Below are positions 31,309 to 44,348 of a DNA stretch of 64,000 nt, piece by piece. The notes below the pieces were generated by a model. That model worked only from the letters and a program-made list of their open reading frames with translations. It did no database searches and had not been told where the DNA came from. How positions within the stretch are numbered: the first letter of the stretch is position 1; the number at the start of each line of letters is the position of its first letter. Made by a program: the position numbers and the translations under genes. The DNA comes from Macrostomum hystrix (lineage: Eukaryota > Animalia > Platyhelminthes). The stretch covers positions 6,324,001 through 6,388,000 of the forward strand of contig CATNEN010000011.1 in NCBI GenBank assembly GCA_950097015.1. Reading direction: 5' to 3'.

Positions 31309-34300
31309 ATGCTGCTGCTGCTGCTGCTGCTGGTGTCTCAGAGCAATGGGCTGCGATGTCAATTGCGCTGCACGCATGGCCGAGGTCTCAGCTAGAAGGA
31401 CATCAACAATGGGTGAACTCCTGCTGACATCCGGGCTGAGAAACTTCTCTGCGTCCACTCGTGACGTCGACACGTTGGCTGCTGCTGCTGATGCTACTGC
31501 TGAGGTTGATGGCCCAGCCTGCTGGTAATAAAGTTCATTGTTTGCGTAGTTACTAGATGAACAGCGCAGGAATCCGTTTTGAAAGGAGGGCGGTGTTGGA
31601 GGCGGCGGCGGCGGCGGCGGTGGCAGTCCTGGAAGACTGTGATAATGATTATCACAGGTGAGAATTGTTTGTATCGGCGGCTGCGTCAAGCTAGCGTCAG
31701 GTCGGGGAAGCAAGCCAAACTGATTGACACCGTCTAGATCTGCGGTGCATTCGTCCTCTGCCGCTGCTGCTGCTGCCGCTGCTGCTTCTGACGATCTGCT
31801 ACGCAAACGCTGCCGCACTGTGACGCAACAGCAGGCCGCAGTCAAGGCCACGAATGCTAGCCCGATGGAACCCAGGATGATCGGATGATACGGAACCTCC
31901 TCATGCTTCTTCTCAGCCAGTGAGACCTCTGCGTTTCTCAATTTGTCTTCCATCTCTGAAATAAAATTTATTGAGTTCTTTGAATGCCGTGCAGTGACAT
32001 TGGGAAGTTGAACAGATAACCAGAAGGGGATTTTCCCCTAGGGATAAGAACGCGTGGGAGTATTCTTCATCGTGAAAGTTCACCATTTAGATCAACATTT
32101 TCCGCTGCATACGATGAACAAATAACTTTCAAAGACGTCCGAAATATACCCGCAATCTTTCTATTGTTTATGGCTTCAGAATTACATTTTTTCTTGATAC
32201 GGCTCGTATATGCCTTCAAACCTATTTATAGAAATGAGCTATTTTTGGGTCATAAAATAGAATTAATCCAATGGCTCAGAGTGATCTTATACTCAAAAAA
32301 ATCTTAATTTTCCTTGGCAAAATGTGTCCTATATAGGAAATATTGTAGTTTGATTGACATGCGGAAAATACTTTAATATGGCAATGTAAATTCCACGAGG
32401 AGGCAGTCATCAAGGGGAATGAAATATCATCACTTTGCCTTTTCTATACGCAAACCGGTCACAAACAAATTGCTTTCTGTTGCGTTTGTTCTAGAATTCC
32501 AGAATGGACGACCGAGCGATGATTGAGAGTGTCGACTGCTTCTGACTGTCAGTCTATGACTCTATGGCATTCAGTGCCCTCGAGTGACTCGGAAAATGCT
32601 AGAAGGTCATTGCCCCTCCCCGCTTGTTGAAATAAAGTGATAGGAACATTTTTGTGCTTCCAACTGTACTGTACAAATATTGGTTCATATTTAAGCTTTC
32701 TGTTATAATTAGTGTGACCTGTTAAAAATTAGTGTGACCTGTTATACAGGAGTGTCACCTGTTAGACATTTGTGTGACCTGTTATATAGGAGTGTTACCT
32801 GTTAGACAGGAGCGTCACCTGTTAGACAGTGTCACCTGTTAGACAGTGTCACCTGTTAGACAGTGTCACCTGTTAGACAGTGTCACCTGTTGGACAGTGT
32901 CACCTGTTAGACAGTGTCACGTGTTAGACAGTGTCACCTGTTAGACAGTGTCACCTGTTAGACAGTGTCACCTGTTAGACAGTGTCACCTGTTAGACAGT
33001 GTCACCTGTTAGACAGTGTCACCTGTTAGACAGTGTCACCTGTTAGACAGTGTCACCTGTTAGACAGTGTCACCTGTTAGACAGTGTCACCTGTTAGACA
33101 GTGTCACCTGTTAGACAGGATAGCACAAGTACCAATACAGCTTGCAATCTTGTGGTCGTCTTAAAGTTTCTCAAAGCAATTGGTTCAGTGTGCGCACATT
33201 GCGATGAGAAATGCACTTTATCTAGACTCTATTAAGCATGAAGAAAGAAGTCTGAATTAATCGCTTCTTATTCATAGATGTCTCCGCATAGGAAATGCTG
33301 GCCTAGCACTTCCTTATTCGGTCATGATTTTGTGTGCGGATAAATTTTATTCCTACTGAATTAGTTTCTTTGCAAATTCTGAGAAATTCTGTGACTGCGG
33401 TAAAGCAGTCTGAGTAGAGTAGAGTGCCTTCACAAGTGTAAAAGTGAATTTAATTTGCAGTGAGATATTCTGGAATACAACCGGGAGGAATGTACTTCTC
33501 AACAATAGCTTTAAAATTGTAGATACCGGTGAGAAACTATGTGATGGTTGGAGTGATGCTTAGAGTGACAGTTTGAGTTATGGTTAGAGTGACAGTATGA
33601 GTTATGCTTAGAGTGACAGTATGAGTTATGGTTAGAGTGACAGTATGAGTTATGGTTAGAGTGACAGTATGAGTTATGGTTAGAGTGACAGTATGAGTTA
33701 TGGTTAGAGTGACAGTTTGAGTTATGGTTAGAGTGACAGTATGAGTTATGGTTAGAGTGACAGTATGAGTTATGCTTAGAGTGACAGTATGAGTTATGCT
33801 TAGAGTGACAGTTTGAGTTATGGTTAGAGTGACAGTATGAGTTATGGTTAGAGTGACAGTTTGAGTGATGGTTAGAGTGACAGTATGAGTGATGGTTAGA
33901 GTGACAGTTTGAGTTATGCTTAGAGTGACAGTATGAGTGATGGTTAGAGTGACAGTATGAGTTATGGTTAGAGTGACAGTATGAGTTATGGTTAGAGTGA
34001 CAGTATGAGTTATGGTTAGAGTGACAGTATGAGTGATGGTTTGAGTGACGGTTGGAGTGACCTGTGGAGTGACGATTAGAGTGACAGTTTAAGTGACGGT
34101 TGGAGTGACAGTTTGAGTGACGGATAGAGTGACAGTTTGAGTTATGGTTGGAGTGTCAGTTTGAGTGACGATTAGAGTGACAGTTTGAGTGACGGTTGGA
34201 GTGACAGTTTGAGTGACGGATAGAGTGACAGTTTGAATGACGGTTGGAGTGACCTGTGGAGTGACGGTTAGAGTGACAGTTTGAGTGACAGTTTGAGTGA

Positions 34301-37300
34301 CAGTTTGAGTGGCAGTGGAAAGTCTAGTTGAGGTGCAGTTGGAGTGACATACAGAGTGACTTTTAGACAAAAATTTCGGTTGACAGTCGAATACTGAGGG
34401 CATAGAATAAGTGATAGACTAATTTTTTAATAACAACTAAAGGGTTGGGGCTGTTCAGTTCAATAAAGCGCAAAAGTTTAATTAAGTAAAACTTTTTTCC
34501 GGTCTTCCGTTGGCACTTCAGCTCCTCGTGGGAAATTAGCAAGCACCGAGAGAAAACATGTTGACATTCTCTGCGTGCTGGCTTTTTGCAAACACTAAAA
34601 GATACAGTAATTTTCAGGATATTCAAATATAGAGCACTGCTGCTAAATTCCAGACCTGTTTTCGATTCCTATGCTCTCATGATGCTCCGTTGCTATGCTG
34701 TTGCTATGCTCCGTTGCTATGCTCCGTTCCTATGCTCCGTTCCTATGCTTCGTTGCTATGCTCGTTCCTATGCTCCGTTCCTATCCTCCGTTGCAATGCT
34801 CTGTTGCTATGCTCCGTTGCTATGCTCCGTTGCTATGCTCCGTTTCTATGCTACATTACCATGCTCTGCTATTATGCTCTGTTGCAATGCTACGTTGCTA
34901 TAGTGATTAAAATCATTAGAAAAAATCTAGAGACCATATATTTAAAAACTGACCAGGCGCCTCGTGACTGTGAGTGACTGTTCCCAGACAGTTGAGCTCG
35001 TCTCTGCCGTCAGGGCAGTTGACGTGATTGTTGCATAGCAGACGTGAATCGATGCACAGCTCAGAGCCGCAATCGAATTCTGTACTCGGCTGGCAGGTTC
35101 CTGAAAAAATGGTGGCAGCAAAAGTAATCCTGCACTAATTGTCTAGCCTACCTGCCACTCCTCCTATCTATCACTCCTCCCATCTGTCACTCCTTCTGTC
35201 TGTCACTCTTCCTCTCTATCACTCCTCCTGTCTATCACTCCTCCTATCTGCCTCTCCTCCTGTCTGTCACTCCATTCCTCACCTCTCCGGATGACAGTGA
35301 AGGCAACCAAGAACTTGGGAATCAGGTAGGTGTCCTTGGAGGTCACGTGGATGACGGAGCGCGCGCTGCCGGCCAAGTGTCGCCAGGTCATCGGCTCCAA
35401 GGTGCGACAGAGGGCGAAGTCGCGCGGTAGGTCGACTGTGAAGCCGTCGTACACATACAGGGCCTGCTGCTTGCACTGATCATCGCTGCGAACCTGTAGG
35501 TTCTCCAGCGACACCATCACCTGCGTGGTCACGATTGGAGCAAACTGCTAGCGACTCAACTCAATCACTGCAGATTCCTAAGCACTGAAGGCGCTGCTGT
35601 CTCACCTTGTCCGCCTATGTCACTCTGTCTGTCACTCTGCCTCTCTGTGTGTCACTCTGTCTGTCACTCTGCCTCTCTGTGTGTCACTCTGTCTGTCACT
35701 CTGCCTCTCTGTGTGTCACTCTGTCTGTCACTCTGCCTGTCTGTGTGTCACTCTGTCTGTCACTCTGCCTCTCTGTGTGTCACTCTGTCTGTCACTCTGC
35801 CTCTCTGTGTATCACTCTGCCTGTCTGTGTGTCACTCTGCCTGTCTGTGTGTCACTCTGCCTGTCTGTGTGTCACTCTGCCTCTCTGTGTGTCACTCTGT
35901 CTGTCACTCTGCCTCTCTGTGTGTCACTCTGTCTGTCACTCTGCCTCTCTGTGTGTCACTCTGTCTGTCACTCTGCCTCTCTGTGTATCACTCTGCCTGT
36001 CTGTGTGTCACTCTGACTGTCTGTGTGTCACTCTGACTGTCTGTGTGTCACTCTGACTGTCTGTGTGTCACTCTGACTGTCACTCTGCCTCTCTGTGTGT
36101 CACTCTGTCTGTCACTCTGCCTCTCTGTGTGTCACTCTGTCTGTCACTCTGCCTCTCTGTGTATCACTCTGCCTGTCTGTGTGTCACTCTGACTGTCTGT
36201 GTGTCACTCTGACTGTCTGTGTGTCACTCTGACTGTCTGTGTGTCACTCTGACTGTCTGTGTGTCACTCTGCCTGTCTGTGTGTCACTCTGCCTGTCTGT
36301 GTGTCACTCTGACTGTCTGTGTGTCACTCTGACTGTCTGTGTGTCACTCTGCCTCTCTGTGTGTCACTCTGCCTGTCTGTGTGTCACTCTGCCTCTCTGT
36401 GTGTCACTCTGCCTGTCTGTGTGTCACTCTGACTGTGACAGTATCGCTGCACAGTATCGATGCACAGTGCAGCAGCAGTGCATCCTATTTTCCAAGAAAC
36501 AACAGAAAACAAAAATGAATTATCTTTTTGTTTTTCATAGAGTGGGGATAATTCACTCGCCGGTATGACAAGCAATTACGTCTAGGAAATGTCAACATTA
36601 TCTCGATATTGATTTGCATTCGTACTTTTTCAGAGTGACATCTAACAGGCCCCGAAGTAGCTGATGAGATTTTCCCAGTCTTTTTTTCTGCAGACTTTGG
36701 GAACTGGCCGGGGACAGACAGGGTGAAACAGATTCGCACAACTCGGACACACGCAGGCGATGGGAAATGGGATTTAGATAGGCGGCTTCTGTGGGATTTA
36801 ATGCGTGCATATGTGTACCAGAATTATCCCCCCCAAGTTCTGAGTGGGGGAGAAATATCCCCTGTGCCTGCAGATGAGCCGATTTAGGGAGAATTTTCTG
36901 GCCTAGAGACGCACGCGCAGCCGCAATCCCAGGAGCTCAGGGGATTTCGCTGATAATCCAGCTCCAAATGTTTTGCGCGCAGTTCAGAGCTGAGATTAGA
37001 GCACATGAGAAGTCCGTGAGCTTGAGCTGTCTTGAGAGAACAGAAGGCTGTCTTTTTTCACTGACGATTTCTGCTGTTTGACTACATTTGTCCTCTGAGG
37101 CAGTCTGCACCGAATCCCAAACTGATCCTCCTTCGCTTGTCAAACAATGCTCAAAGTGTTACGGAACATTTGACAGGGAAAATAACAGGCGAAATGATCA
37201 AAACGATGCCAACAGCAGTGACACTGGCGGAATTCTCATAAAGCAATTAAGAGCAGCCAACAAACTCAGACAGCCAGTCTAAAATAAGAACTGTTTTAAG

Positions 37301-40300
37301 GTCTTAAAAAGCTGAGCAGCACTCATCAATATGGACCAGCTCAGACATAGGTCCGTCACACTCCGTCAACACACTTAAAACCCTTCCCCTTGAGCAGTGC
37401 TCACTCACCTGGGTGTCCTCCGGTGAGCTGACATCAATTGAGCAGTCCACAGGAGTTGTGGGCTCGGCTAAGTAGGTGGGCGGAAATTTCTCTCTCAGCT
37501 GCCTGGTGAGAATCACTTCCTGACGACCGACTGGCAACTGCAGCTCCAGGACGCACTCTGCGAGACATGAGAGTGAGATGGCAGAGATGAGAGTGAGATG
37601 GCAGAGATGAGAGTGAGATGGCAGAGATGAGAGTGAGATGGCAGAGATGAGAGAGTGAGATGGCAGAGATGAGAGTGAGATGGCAGAGATGAGAGTGAGA
37701 TGGCAGAGATGAGAGTGAGATGGCAGAGATGAGAGAGTGAGATGGCAGAGATGAGAGTGAGATGGCAGAGATGAGAGAGTGAGATGGCAGAGATGAGAGT
37801 GAGATGGCAGAGATGAGAGTGAGATGGCAGAGATGAGAGAGTGAGATGGCAGAGATGAGAGTGAGATGAGAGTGAGATGGCAGAGATGAGAGAGTGAGAT
37901 GGCAGAGATGAGAGTGAGATGGCAGAGATGAGAGTGAGATGGCAGAGATGAGAGTGTGAGATGGCAGAGATGAGAGTGTGAGATGGCAGAGATGAGAGAG
38001 TGAGATGGCAGAGATGAGAGAGTGAGATGACAGAGATGAGAGAGTCAGTGATTTAATTGAGAACATAGTTTAGGAAAGGTGGGTTAGCATGGTATAATTG
38101 CTTGAATAACTTGACGACTTAAGGCTCACATAAAACAAAGAGTTAAAAAGACAATTGGCTTTTATAAAGTGGATCACAGAAGATCTGGGTGTTGTGGGGC
38201 ATTCAATCCATTTCTTATCAGCCTAATGAAAGTCGTATATGTTAGCGGGACTCAAGCAGCAGCAGCAGTGACTGTGAACCCAAACGGAAGGCAGGAAATA
38301 AAAGTGCATCCAGGAGCAAGGAAAAGAGAGAGAGCTTGTGAGGCAGTTTTTTTTGTTCGGAGCAAGTCTTCAGCAGCTCATCCCAATGTATGTTCGTTGT
38401 TGCTGGAGGTTTTTTTCTTCCTCCAGAAGATCCCACTGCCATCGGGTGGAATGGACGCCATGGGTTTAGTCGGTCGACTGAAATATTTAAAATGCTTAAT
38501 TAGCATTGGATGAATTATAGAATGCGGCGTTTGTGATAACAAAAGGTCCTGCCAAATCCTGTGGGATCCTCAGGTTTCACTTTTTTGGCATAAGCGCAGG
38601 GGAGAGATAAGAATGGGGAGGAATTTAAGCTGACTGCAGAAGTTTGCGCTAGATTTTGGCATCTAATCGTATAGGATCAACAAGAGAGATTAGTGGGATT
38701 CGGTAAAGAGAGCGTGGCATCTGGGGTAGTGTGGCATCTGGGGTAGTGTGGCATCTGGGATAGTGTGGCATCTGGGGTAGTGTGGCATCTGGGGTAGTGT
38801 GGCATCTGGGGTAGTGTGGCATCTGGGGTAGTGTGGCAGTTGGGGTAGTGTGGCAGTTGGGGTAGTGTGGCATCTGGGGTAGTGTGGCATCTGGGGTAGT
38901 GTGGAATCTGGGGTAGTGTGGCATCTGGGGTAGTGTGGCATTCGGGGTAGTGTGGCATCTGGGGTAGTGTGGCATCTGGGGTAGTGTGGCATCTGGGGTA
39001 GTGTGGCATCTGGGGTAGTGTGGCATCTGGGGTAGTGTGGCATTCGGGGTAGTGTGGCATCTGGGGTAGTGTGGCATCTGGAGTAGTGTGGCATCTGGGG
39101 TAGTGTGGCATCTAAGGGAGCGAGTGTGGAATGTGAGGAAGAATGTGGGATTTGAGAAAGGGTAGAGTGGGATATCACAGAGAAATTGGGATCAGACTAA
39201 ATATTATGTGGGATCTGCATGACGCAGAGAAAGACTGACAAATCAAAGAATGCTTGAGATGTGCTCAGAGTGTGCAACAACACTGGCAAAGCAGACAGGT
39301 AGTGAAATACGGAGATCAATGCGCTGAGTGGCATTCCTAGAAGCAGCAGCTGCTGCTGCTGAGGACTAGTGTAGGCTGGGGCAGGCGATGCCACTTTTGT
39401 CGCATTTCCCGGCCCTGTCTCGTCTATTTCTCTCCTATTCGTTTTCTCTCCACCACCGATGGCAAAAAAACTGCTGCAGGTAAAAAAGCAGTTTTTGTCC
39501 TAACAGGATGCGCCACAGTTGGAAATCCTGACCCGCGAGAGAAGAATGAATCCAGGAGCTTGACGGCAGACTGGAATCCAAATGACGACGAGACGGTGGG
39601 GAAGAATAGGTTGCGGGCAGCGATCAGGCGACCAGCCTTGCAAACACCTGTTTCAGGTCCGAGTGCCGCAAATTGAATCCCATGGACTATGATCCCATTA
39701 GTCTAAACAATTCCTGCCCTGAAAAGCTGGAAAGTTCAGAATTGTCCGAAATCGTTTTCTGGGCGCTGTCCCAAATTTAATCAGTTTCATTTGCAAGTGA
39801 GAATAGGGTTTAACAAAATTTTTTCATTTCAATTTACAGCATTATACCTGCATGCCACTTTGTTGTTGCTTGTGCCATTTTGTGTAAAAAAGCACAATTT
39901 TTTGTTGACTTAAGTTTTTTGTAAAAAATGTAATTTTATCTTTAAATGCTATTTTGGGTTAATTTAATTCCATTCAGTGTCGTTAAAATGGAAAGCTAAG
40001 GGCTTAAATTTTCAGAATCACGGGTTCGTTCAGCATCTCAAGCTTGTGAGTCACCACCTCCCAACCCACCTTGCTTAGCACCGCCAGGTGACTTGGGTGT
40101 TACAAACTTGTAAACCGCCATGACACCTCTGTGCTCAATCACTTCGTCCGACTTGAATCTGAGCCACAGGTAGCGACCCGAGGATCTCAATCGTTGCGAC
40201 GGTGGCTTCGCTCCACAGTAGCGCCCGTTGCTACTGCCGTCATTCTGGTTGCTAAGCAACGGAGAATAGCCGTAGGGACCGTCGCGGACCTCCAGGTAGT

Positions 40301-43300
40301 CGGAGACGCAGCCGGAGCTCTCCTCGATGTGGAACTCGCCACGAAAGTCCAGCTCGACGACTTGATCTGGTCGATCAGCTGAGGGTGTGTTGGGGCTGCG
40401 AACTGATGGATAGCACTGCGACTGAGGGCCTGGGTTCGATTCCAGGCCCTGAAGTATTTGAGGGTAGTTCAACGCACTGAAGGATTTGAGGGTAGTTGAA
40501 CACACTAGGAAGGATTTGAGGGTAGTTGAACACTGAAGGATTTGAGGGTAGCTGAACACACTAGGAAGGATTTGAGGGTTGTTGAACACTGAAGGATTTG
40601 AGGGTAGCTGAACACTCTAGGAAGGATTTGAGGGTAGCTGAACACTGAAGGATTTGAGGGTAGCTGAACACACTAGGAAGGATTTGAGGGTAGTTGAACA
40701 CTGAAGGATTTGAGGGTAGCTGAACACTCTAGGAAGGATTTGAGGGTAGCTGAACACTGAAGGATTTGAGGGTAGCTGAACACACTAGGAAGGATTTGAG
40801 GGTAGTTGAACACTGAAGGATTTGAGTGTAGCTGAACACTCTAGGAAGGATTTGAGGGTAGTTGAACACACTAGGAAGGATTTGAGGGTAGTTGAGCACT
40901 GAAGGATTTGAGGGTAGCTGAACACTGAAGGATTTGAGGGTAGCTGAACACTCTAGGAAGGATTTGAGGGTATTTGAACACACTAGGAAGGATTTGAGGG
41001 TGTTTGAACACACTAGGAAGGATTTGAGGGTAGTTGAGCACTGAAGGATTTGAGTGTAGCTGAACACACTCTAGGAAGGATTTGAGGGTAGTTGAACACA
41101 CTAGGAAGGATTTGAGGGTAGTTGAACACTGAAGGATTTGAGTGTAGCTGAACACTCTAGGAAGGATTTGAGGGTAGTTGAACACACTAGGAAGGATTTG
41201 AGGGTAGTTGAGCACTGAAGGATTTGAGGGTAGCTGAACACTGAAGGATTTGAGGGTAGCTGAACACTCTAGGAAGGATTTGAGGGTATTTGAACACACT
41301 AGGAAGGATTTGAGGGTATTTGAACACACTAGGAAGGATTTGAGGGTAGTTGAGCACTGAAGGATTTGAGTGTAGCTGAACACACTCTAGGAAGGATTTG
41401 AGGGTAGTTGAACACACTAGGAAGGATTTGAGGGTAGTTGAGCACTGAAGGATTTGAGTGTAGCTGAACACTCTAGGAAGGATTTGAGGGTAGTTGAACA
41501 CACTGAAGGATTTGAGGGTAGCTGAACACTCTAGGAAGGATTTGAGGGTAGTTGAACACTGAAGGATTTGAGGGTAGCTGAACACTGAAGGATTTGAGGG
41601 TATTTGAACACACTAGGAAGGATTTGAGGGTATTTGAACACACTAGGAAGGATTTGAGGGTATTTGAACACACTAGGAAGGATTTGAGGGTAGTTGAGCA
41701 CTGAAGGATTTGAGTGTAGCTGAACACTCTAGGAAGGATTTGAGGGTAGTTGAGCACTGAAGGATTTGAGTGTAGCTGAACACTGAAGGATTTGAGGGTA
41801 GCTGAGCACTGAAGGATTTGAGGGTAGCTGAACACTCTAGGAAGGATTTGAGGGTATTTGAACACACTAGGAAGGATTTGAGGGTAGTTGAGCACTGAAG
41901 GATTTGAGTGTAGCTGAACACTCTAGGAAGGATTTGAGGTTAGTTGAGCACTGAAGGATTTGAGTGTAGCTGAACACTGAAGGGTTTGAGGGTAGCTGAG
42001 CACTGAAGGATTTGAGGGTAGCTGAACACTCTAGGAAGGATTTGAGGGTATTTGAACACACTAGGAAGGATTTGAGGGTAGCTTTCTCGATATTTTTAAC
42101 AATTTACGGCCCAAAAACGCTCTCACCTTTGATCACCTTGATGCAGTTGCAGCTCATTGGGTAGATCAGGCTGTCATAATTTGGCGTATTAAATTTGAAA
42201 TAGCCATTCGAGAACCCGACACCAGCTGTGAACTCCGCGCACAGCTTTGACTGGGGCGGCAAAGTGTCTGAAGGTGGATTTTTACGGCCCTTAATTAGCG
42301 CTTGGCTCATTGCCTTTGATCTATGCCGACACTGTAGCGTGTTAATCAAGCAATGTAGATAACTTTAAATTTTTGGTACTTACCTGCGGCCGAGGATTCA
42401 GCCATGACAGCAAAACAAGGCCCGTAGGACATCAGGTATTCCAAGATCAGGCTACTGAATAGCAGCATGAGGGCACCTGTTGGAAGAAATTTTCCTATTG
42501 TTAGTATCTTCGACTAATTTTCGGGCAAGAATGTAAGATTCTTTTCTGAGAAAAATCAGCCTTATGCTTATTTTCTGTTTTGCTTTAGTACGTGACAAAC
42601 GCTAGTACGAGAAATAGAAACGTCATTTGTTCAACAAAATTTGTGTTGCACTCAGGCGTACTAATTTCAGCGTCAAGGTCAACGGTAACGCGATGCTGTC
42701 ATGATAAGTGAGTCACGTGACACTCTTTACACAATGTTTTGAAGCCAGTGAATCAGTGCTGCTCTTTAGTGTGCTATTTTTAGCATCAAGGTCAACAGTC
42801 ACGCGATGCTGTCATGATAAGTGAGTCACGTGACACTCTTCACACGATGTTTTGAAGCCAGTGAATCAGTGCTGCTCTTTAGTGTGCTATTTTTAGCATC
42901 AAGGTCAAAAGTCACACGCGATGCTTTCATGACAAGAGATTTTAGGCTGCGCACTGCTTGAAAATGGCATCACCGCATGATGGCCTAATTAAAAATCTGA
43001 TTCAAACATCGCTAGTGAATCCGCAGCCCAGAGGCAAAATCACTGCACCGATTATCCGCATCAGAGACGCTAGCCACGAATGCCTGTAAAAGTGCACCTC
43101 CCCTGTGTGTGGCTCACGCTGAAATACTGGTTCAGCTTAGGACAAAAAGTAGTTTTTTTCTTTGCTGATGCGCTTTTCCTCTGGGAAAGTTAGATTTATT
43201 AGTGTTTTTCTTATCCCGTAGCCACATTCAGGCAATGGAAGCCTTTGAAGTTGGAAACAAGATTGCTATAATATATATGCATCTGCTCTGTTGACCATTA

Positions 43301-44348
43301 GCTCTCTGGAAAATTAAATTCTTGAGTATTAAAATTAACATGAAATACAAAAACCATCACCGAATTCGGTTTGTTGACAACTCAAATTTGCACTTTTTAA
43401 TCTAGACCTGACAGGCAGCTACCATTCGTTCTCTACGGGTGCTAAGATACCCCGAAAGAGGTTGTATACTTGGGACTTGTAATCTTCGGACATCTGTCAT
43501 TCTGGGGAATATGGATTGTTGTAAAAGCACGCGCCATCAATGTCAGAAATCGTACAGCTTTTTCCAAGATAGTTGATGGGATGATAAACAAAGTACAACA
43601 TGCACCTGATAATAGTCAAGGTGAGTCAAGCCTTCTTAGCTTTCTATTTCCAGTAAAAGTTAATTACCACACTAACTAATGGTAAGCAAAATTATATTTC
43701 CACGAAAATAAATTGTACCCAATGTACTTAACACCAGATTTCTCTAAAAAACTGCAACACTCGATGAAGAAATCATCAGTTCAATTAATCGGTAACCGAG
43801 TTCTATGAAAGCCAAATTAAATAGCATAATAATAATCTAAATAATAACTGCAGGTTAGCTGCGGGCAATGGCACATCATTTGGTGACACTAGACCCGCAG
43901 CCAGCGAGGAGGCAATTCTGCCCATTCCGCTGACTCCTGAGCACTCACGCACACAAATACCGTACGCAGGCACACGCTCACACAGGTGTGTACATCCGCC
44001 TGACTTTCTCATCGTCAGGCAGTGTACACTCTCACTGTGCCTTGGAGGTTGGCCCTCAATGGCGTAAATTGCAGGAAAAGCCACCAGGCATTCTCTCCGC
44101 GGCTGAGCCCTAGCCCAAAAATGTGGCCTCGCCGCGGAATCGAGCTCAGGGACCGTGGTGCGAGAGGCAAACGCGTTAACCGCTACACCATATCGCTATG
44201 GCATAGATCGATAGATTTCTAAGAAAATTGATCGATATAAAAAATTGATCTCAAATACAAGATAATCACAAACAAACGCAAATCTTGACGACCGACATTC
44301 ACCTGAAGCTGCGGTATTCGCAGCCATCAGCGTTCCTCCTGAAGGCAT
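31165..44348 (-). CDS. NETO: NETO-like (signal peptide, CUB, CUB, LDLa, TM) gene; exons 44348-44303, 42476-42384, ~42300-42127, 40378-40070, 37557-37409, 35520-35283, 35100-34954, 31955-31165
   Basis: CUB1 has CVSDYLEVRDGPYGYSPLL..RYCG..RSSGRYLWLRFKSDE, a NETO signature. CUB2 has PVDCSIDV and DQCKQQALYVYDG. LDLa is CQPSTEFDCGSELCIDSRLLCNNHVNCPDGRDELNC. The TM is IILGSIGLAFVALTAACCCVTV followed by RQRLR. Phases are compatible. The exon-3 acceptor is uncertain: the only in-frame phase-1 AG is a weak CCAAG at 42301. Confidence 0.85.
32705..33120. repeat. 17-bp minisatellite (GTTAGACAGTGTCACCT)n
   Basis: Tandem units; they share the core CACCTGTTAGACA with the 23-bp array at 5660. Confidence 0.93.
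33545..34320. repeat. 24-bp minisatellite (TTAGAGTGACAGTATGAGTTATGG)n
   Basis: Tandem units, degenerating towards the right end. Confidence 0.92.
34670..34900. repeat. 13-bp repeat (GCTCCGTTGCTAT)n
   Basis: Tandem units are directly visible. Confidence 0.85.
35612..36440. repeat. Compound 20/12-bp minisatellite (GTGTCACTCTGCCTCTCTGT / CTGTCACTCTGT)
   Basis: Tandem units are directly visible in a NETO intron. Confidence 0.92.
37565..38040. repeat. 20-22-bp minisatellite (GAGAGTGAGATGGCAGAGAT)n
   Basis: Tandem units abut the acceptor at 37558. Confidence 0.92.
38712..39112. repeat. 17-bp minisatellite (GTGGCATCTGGGGTAGT)n
   Basis: Tandem units are directly visible. Confidence 0.93.
40452..42085. 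repeat. 26-30-bp minisatellite (GAAGGATTTGAGGGTAGCTGAACACT family)
   Basis: About 1.6 kb of variant tandem units fill the intron that splits CUB1. Confidence 0.95.
42665..42935. repeat. 113-bp unit, two full copies and one partial copy, in NETO intron 1
   Basis: TCAAGGTCA at 42673, 42786 and 42899; GTGAGTCACGTGAC in the two full units. Confidence 0.88.
43826..44196 (-). mobile_element. tRNA-derived SINE, copy 2 (near full length)
   Basis: On the minus strand it reads TGGTGTAGCGGTTAACGCGTTTGCCTCTCGCACCACGGTCCCTGAGCTCGATTCC (tRNA-Val-like head), then the shared body and an (ATT)n-like tail. Confidence 0.85.

Noticed and set aside
39480-39648. Open minus-strand frame after a phase-1 CAG, as a possible extra NETO exon
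   Set aside because: It has no CUB-like content and no clear donor, and the flanking exons join in frame without it. RNA-seq could rescue it.
44130-44196. tRNA genes at the SINE heads (also 51760, 57541, 59305, 62988)
   Set aside because: There is no complete cloverleaf or acceptor stem, and they are attached to repeated SINE bodies or are fragments.
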